Below are positions 57,248 through 64,000 of a DNA stretch of 64,000 nt, piece after piece (positions within the stretch are counted from its first letter, which is position 1; each line of letters opens with the position of its first letter). A model generated the notes under the pieces. That model was given only the letters and a program-made list of their open reading frames with translations, was not told the origin of the DNA and made no database searches. The position numbers and the translations under genes are program-made. Location of the stretch: NCBI GenBank assembly GCA_964016885.1, contig OZ024764.1, positions 14,880,001 through 14,944,000 of the forward strand, given 5' to 3'. This stretch comes from Eledone cirrhosa (lineage: Eukaryota).

Positions 57248-58308
57248 TGGTGGACTGGGTCTAAAAATATTGGTTGCCAGGAGATGAAGGGGGCCCACCT
57301 ACATATAGAATGCTATCATTTAATTTTTATAATTGTTAAATAACATTTTTTTTAAATACATAAGTGGTAACAAAACAGTGCAATCAAATTTTTGTAGAAA
57401 AATATCTTACCTTCCCCTATAAAATATATTATGTATTTTGTGAAATCCAGAGACTTTCAATAATGACCAGAAGTCGACCCTAAATATTACTAATAGCTCT
57501 AGGAAAGCCATGAACGCCACCACATCTTTTTAACTTTGATTTTGAAAGTAGGTTTATAAGTATAAATTTTCCTTATACTTTTGTAGATGTCTCTGTGGCC
57601 TAGTTGGGAGACACACAGACAGTGGTGATCCTGGTCTGAAGTTCAATCCTGGTCAGGACTAGGGTTCCTGGTAAACCTTTTCAGTTTTTTTTCTATTGGT
57701 TGTAAAATAAAAACTGAAAAAGATTACATGTACCTCTCAACCAGGATCTCCACCGTCTCCAGTACTTACCACTAGGCCACAGAGACAACTACAAAAATCT
57801 TATGAAAATTCATACTTATAAACCTACTTTCAAAATGTTCAAACCAAAGTGTTGTGGTGTCGTTTGTGTCTTCCTTAATCTTATTGCTCCTACTTAAGGT
57901 CGACTTCTAAATCATTTGGGTGTTCCATAAACTACTTCCTCATTTTGTTTCACATCTATTTATCTATATATATATGTGTGTGTGTGTGTTGTATGTTTGC
58001 ATGCATGAATACTTAAGCTTTACATTTAGTAGAATGTACAACCACTGATTCCAGCTATTTGCCCTATCATATATTATGGTTTCCAGTAATTCCCCGGGGA
58101 ATTGGTTGACCAAATACTTTGCTTAATTGTTTTATTTATTTATTTTTTAAATTTTATTCTTTCTCTTAGATTTCAGGTACTTTTTGAAAGCAAAGCATTG
58201 GCCCCTAAAATACTACAGTGGGCCCTGCAATGCTACTGTGGCCTCTTGCAATGCTACCGTGGGCCCCCTAGGGCTCACTTGCCATTGGCCAACCTGGCCA
58301 GTCCGCCA

Positions 58309-58311
<3 letters not shown>
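57245..58311. mobile_element. Non-autonomous DNA transposon (14-bp TIR, hAT-like CAG termini) inserted in (TA)n
   Basis: CAGTGGTGGACTGG ... CCAGTCCGCCACTG (1 mismatch), (TA)n on both sides. Confidence 0.75.
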
Positions 58312-58354
<43 letters not shown>

Positions 58355-59064
58355 CATGGACATTCTATCTCAAAATTATTTTTGAAAAGCATTTAGAAAT
58401 GCGCAACCGGTAAAAACTTAAAACCACAACTGAATACTAACCCATACAATCACTAATACTCTTTTATTCCTAATTAAACCATTTTTCAACTGTGAACAAT
58501 TTGTCAGCATTTTCTATTCCGTTTACCAATATATATATATATATATACACTTAATATTAACTTAACAAGGTTATTAAAATTTCAATATGTTTTAATTATT
58601 AAATCAATTATTCCTTTATTCATCATTTCATTTTATCATTTCATTTTACGTCCACTTTTCCCTGCTTGCAAGGGTGGGACGGGAACTGATTCTGGCTTGA
58701 TTTCTACAGCTGGATGCCCTTCCTAACACCAACCTCATTTACAGTGAGTGCTGGGTGCTTTTTTGCCGTGGCACCTCCACGACCGCTTTGCAGTGGAATG
58801 ATAAGGACCCCAGTCCCTATCATCTCATTTCTACAGCTGAGTAAACTGGAGCAATGTGAAATAAAGTGCCTTGCTCAAGGAAACAACACATCACCCGGTC
58901 TGAGAATTGAACTCACAAGCTTACGATTGCAAGGCCAATGCTCTAACCACTAAGCCATGTGCCTCCATACATATTCTACGTACAATTAATTAATGAGGTA
59001 ATTAGGATCAATAATGAAAACATATTCATTAATTTTTATCATATTCATCTCCTCCTTATCTCCA

Positions 59065-59265
59065 ACATCATCATCATCATCACCATTTTACGTCTGCTTT
59101 TCCCTGCTTGCAAGGGTGGGATGGGTCCTATTCAGCACAGCATCTCTCCATTCGTCAAGGTCCTTCGTCATCTCCTCCGTGAGCTTCAGCAATCTGAGGT
59201 CAGCTCTCACCACCTCCGCCCATAGTCTACCTCTTCTGCGTCTTCCTTCTACTGGGATTTCACCT
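59065..59265 (-). mobile_element. RTE LINE 3' end fragment
   Basis: Homologous to 49480-49675. Confidence 0.8.
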
Positions 59266-59611
59266 GTGATTTTAAGGTACTGATTGAGTCTAATGGTTGA
59301 CATTTTGCGCGACAGCTCAAGCAATGTGAAATAAAATGTCTTGCTTAAGGACACAACACATCACCTGAATCTAATTCTCTAACCACTAAGCTATGTACTT
59401 TCACAAGGCCAGCAATTACCCCAGTGTATTACTGGTACTTTATTTTATCAGCACCGTAATAATTGTTTCTACTTTTGGCACAAGGCCAGCAATTACCCCA
59501 ATGTATTACTGGTACTTTATTTTATCGACCCCGTAAGGATGAAAGGCAAAGTTAACCTCGGCGGGATTTGAACTCAGAAAGTAAAGGAAATAACAACAAC
59601 AACAACAAGAA

Positions 59612-59672
<61 letters not shown>

Positions 59673-60194
59673 GTGGTGATAAAAATAGATGGGAAACATC
59701 GTAGAAAGATGCGAAGTTCTATTGTAATCAATTTGTTAAATATATGCAAGATGTTTAATTAAGCTAATTAATGTATGATAATTAATTATGCACAGAATTT
59801 GGAAGTAAGAAAATAGCTTCATGTGAATCAGGTACAGTTAAAATGTGCAGGTGTGAACTGTATAGGGGGGGGTGCATAATATACACCCATATATGTATTA
59901 TATATATGTGAGTGTATATATATATATATATACGTATGTATATATATGTATATATATTTATGTATATATATGTATATATATTTATGTATATATATGTGTG
60001 TATATATGTATATATATATATATATGTGTATACATATATATATGTATATATATGTATATATATATATATATATATACATGTATATATATATATATGTAGA
60101 TATCTATATGTATAGATATATATATACATGTATATATGTATATATATATATATGTATGTATATGTATATATATATATATGTATACATGTATATA

Positions 60195-60231
<37 letters not shown>

Positions 60232-60310
60232 GTATATATATATGTATATATATATATACATATACATACATATACATATACATACATATAGATACATGTA
60301 TATATGTATG

Positions 60311-60354
<44 letters not shown>

Positions 60355-60555
60355 CATATATATATATGTATACATATACATATATATGTATATATATATA
60401 TATACATATATAAAAGTATATATATACATATGTATATATTTATATATATATATGTATATATATATACATATATAAATGTATGTATATATTATATATATAT
60501 ATATATATGTATATACATATATATATACATATATATATATGTATATGTATATATA

Positions 60556-60587
<32 letters not shown>

Positions 60588-61827
60588 CATATACACATAT
60601 ATAGAGAGAAATAGATAGATACATACACACACATATATAGATACATACATATATATATATATATATATACATGTCTGTACACACGTATACACTCACATAT
60701 AAATATAATGTCGTGGGTTCAATTCCTGGACTGAGTTGGGTTCTTGAGCAAGACACTTCATTTCACATTGCTCCAGTAGACTCAGCTGGGAGTGAGTACC
60801 AGTAATATTTTGGTGGTGTTGGTGGTGTTGTTGGTGTTGGTGTGGTGTTGGTGGTGGTGTTGTTGGTAGTGGTGTTGGTGTTGTTGTTGTTGGTGTTGTT
60901 GTTGGTGTTGTTGTTGGTGGTGGTGTTGTTGATGGCGGTGTTGGTGGTGTAAGAACACCACCAACAACAACAACAACCACAACACAACAACAACAACAAC
61001 AACAACAAAAAACAATAACTACAAATAAACAAGATTTTTCTAATTTTCTAAGACAAAAGACAACAAAAGCCTAATTTCTGATTCTGAATCTCAACTTCCT
61101 GTTCTCAGCCTTGGATATTTTCCTATATTTAATACAAGATTAAATAAACAGAGAGAAAACTAAATGAAACACAAAAACAAAATGGTTGCCGAATTTATCC
61201 TGAGAAAAATTTTATGCTCGTTTTCTGTTGTTTTTCTTAATGTATTTTTCTGGATAGTTTTTTTTTGTTTGTATTTTACTACTTAATGAGTATTTTGTCC
61301 TCTTTTGTGTGTGGTGTGTGTGTGTGGGTTTTGTGTTGTGTGTGTGTGTGTTTTGCGTTCTGTGTGTGGGTTTTGTTGTGTGTGTGTGTGTGGATTTTGT
61401 GCTGTGTGTGTGTTTTGTTGAGTGTGTGTGGGTTTTGCGCTGTGTCTGTTGGGTGGGGGGTTTTGTGTGTGTGTGTTTTGTGTTGTGTGTGTGTGTTTTG
61501 TATGTGGTAGTTGCTCTACAGGATTTTGAACTGAATTTTCTTGTATATGATTCTGTATATATGTGTGTATATATATATATGTGTGTGTGGTGTGTGTGTG
61601 TGTGTATAAATATGTGTATGTAAATATGTTTGTGTATGTATGTGTGTTTCTATGTATGTATATATGAATGTGTATAAGAATTGTGTGTGTATATACATGT
61701 GCATATATATATATATTATATATATATGTATATATATATATAATATCTATATATCATATATATATATAGGGAGTGTAACTTGGAGTTGTTATCTTATTTC
61801 ACTATCATATATATATATATGTATATT

Positions 61828-63570
61828 ACGGAAAAACTAATCAGAGAGAGAATTGACCTAGATGAAATGCAGTTCGGGTTTGTGTCAGGCAAAAGTACCA
61901 CAGACGCTCTTTTCATAGTACGACAACTACAGGAGAAGTTCCTAGCTAAAGGTAAACCCCTCTACTTAGCTTTTGTCGACTTGGAGAAAGCCTTCGACAG
62001 AGTCCCCCGCTCCATTATCTGGTGGGCTCTTAGAAAACTAGGCGTTGACGAATGGCTTGTGAGGGCTATACAAGCCATGTATAAAGAAACAGTCAGCAAG
62101 GTTAGAATTAACAACGAATATAGTGAAGAGTTTAGTGTAAAAGTTGGCGTCCATCAGGGCTCTGTTCTCAGCCCCCTACTATTTATTATTGCCCTTCAGG
62201 CTATAACAGAGGAGTTCAAGACAGGCTGCCCATGGGAACTCCTATACGCAGACGACCTGACACTCTTAGCGGAATCAATGGCCGAGCTAGAGAAGAAATT
62301 CCAAACATGGAAGCACGGCCTAGAGTCAAAAGGACTTAAAATTAACCTGGCTAAGACCAAAGTTCTAGTTTGTAGGAAAGAAAACAAGGCGGCGGTCCCT
62401 TCTGGGAAATGGTCGTGCTCGGTGTGTAGGAAAGGCGTAGGTAGAAACTCCATTTTATGTCCTAAATGCAAAGTATGGGTGCATAAAAGATGTCGTGGGA
62501 TCACAGGTAAGCTAACTAAGAACATAGATTTTACATGTGGCCGGTGTTCTGGTGCAATAAGTAGCAGCAAGTGCCCACAAAATACTAGCTTTTTCAATTG
62601 CGCAGAGGGTTCTATAGAAATAGTGGACAGCTTCCGTTACCTGGGCGATAAAATCAGCAGTGGGGGAGGGTGCTCTGAAAGTACTGTAGCTAGAGTCAGA
62701 ACTGGTTGGAAAAAGTTCAGAGAGCTTATACCACTATTAGCCACTAGAGGGTTCTCCCTAAAAATGAAAGGCAGGTTGTACGATGCCTGCATACGAACAG
62801 CAATGTTGCATGGCAGTGAGACCTGGGCATTGTGTGCAGAGGATATACGCAGACTAGAGAGGAACGAAGCTTGCATGCTCCGCTGGATGTGTAACAGTAA
62901 TATATGGGAACGGCAAAGCATAAACGAACTAAGGAAAAAATTAGAGATAAGAGGGATCAGATGTTGTTTACTCGAGAGAAGGCTACGTTGGTATGGACAC
63001 GTGACGCGCATGAAAGTCGATAGCTGTATAACAAAGTGCAGGGCAATAAAGATAGACGGTAGCCACGGAATAGGCAGACCTAGAAAAACCTGGGACGAGC
63101 TGATAAACTCCGACCTCACACACTTACACCTCTCCAAGACAATGTCACTGGACCGAGGCCTTTGGCGGTACTCTGTAACAGAGAAGACCCGCCTTGCCAG
63201 TAGGCATCTCTAACAAAATACACCCCGTCCCGCCACCACCCCCACCCATCCACACCACCCCGTCCTATGTAAAGTTATGTTGGTGCTGCGCCATCCAGGC
63301 CGAAACAAATGAGATCGTGTAGGTGTCACGACAAAAAAACACACAGTCCACGCTGTAATGTGGCCGTGTAGGCAACACGGTAAAAACCTCCCAGACCCAC
63401 ACTGTAAATGTGGTTGGTGTTAGGAAGGGCATCCAACTGTAGAAAACCTGCCAGACAGTCCTATGCGAGCAAGACAATCACTCTTGCCTCAAGTGGGACT
63501 ACCCCCGTCCAAACCCATGCAAGCGTGGAACACGGACGTTAAACGTTGATGATGATGATGATGATGATGA
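61828..63570 (+). mobile_element. RTE-type LINE, 5'-truncated, RT reading frame open to stop at 63213, 3' UTR and (GAT)n tail
   Basis: ORF 61780..63213: AFVDLEKAFD, GVHQGSVLSPLLF, LLYADD, PHD-type Cys/His motif, RRLRWYGH. Confidence 0.95.
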
Positions 63571-63577
63571 CATCTAT

Positions 63578-63628
<51 letters not shown>

Positions 63629-64000
63629 CTATATATATATCTATATATATTATATCTATATATATCTAAATATATAGTGTATATATATCATATATAAATA
63701 ATATATATGTATGTATAAATATGAAAACATATTTTTGTGTATATAATTAATTTAATTGAAATATATATGTACTGAAATTGGATTAAATGAACTGAATATG
63801 CCTATTAAATAACCCAACCTCCTTGTGTGTATGTATATATATATATATATATATATATAATCATCATCATCACCGTTTTACGTCCGTTCTTCCACGCTAG
63901 CATGGGTTAGAAGGGTTGTCCTGTTGTGGGCAGTGTCTGGTCGGCTGACCATGCCTTGCTCATACAGGAACTGATTTTGGCTTGATTTCTACAGCTGGAT

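Overview
AT-rich, microsatellite-saturated eukaryotic genomic DNA. The SINE/RTE repertoire and (TA)n/(TAGA)n density resemble an octopus or other cephalopod (inference). Nearly all IYIY/poly-V/poly-P ORFs in the track are simple-repeat artefacts. By hand-splicing I reconstruct one complete + strand host gene that the ORF track misses (TATA 30267; 8 exons; CDS 32961-46860, about 332 aa). It encodes a signal-peptide-bearing Gly/Tyr/His-rich structural-type protein, and its signal peptide is spread over three tiny exons joined by phase-1 introns. A candidate first exon of a divergently transcribed gene with a similar core promoter lies at about 3926-4090 (-). The rest is retroelements (RTE-type LINEs with a PHD finger inside the RT, an open Penelope-like RT/GIY-YIG ORF, and CR1, Tx1-like, R4/Dong-like and Vingi-like fragments), two SINE families, a TIR element, and many tandem arrays seeded from TE fragments. 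About ten canonical minimal type-I hammerhead ribozyme motifs, plus core variants, sit in short, often fold-back, inserts within (TA)n tracts.
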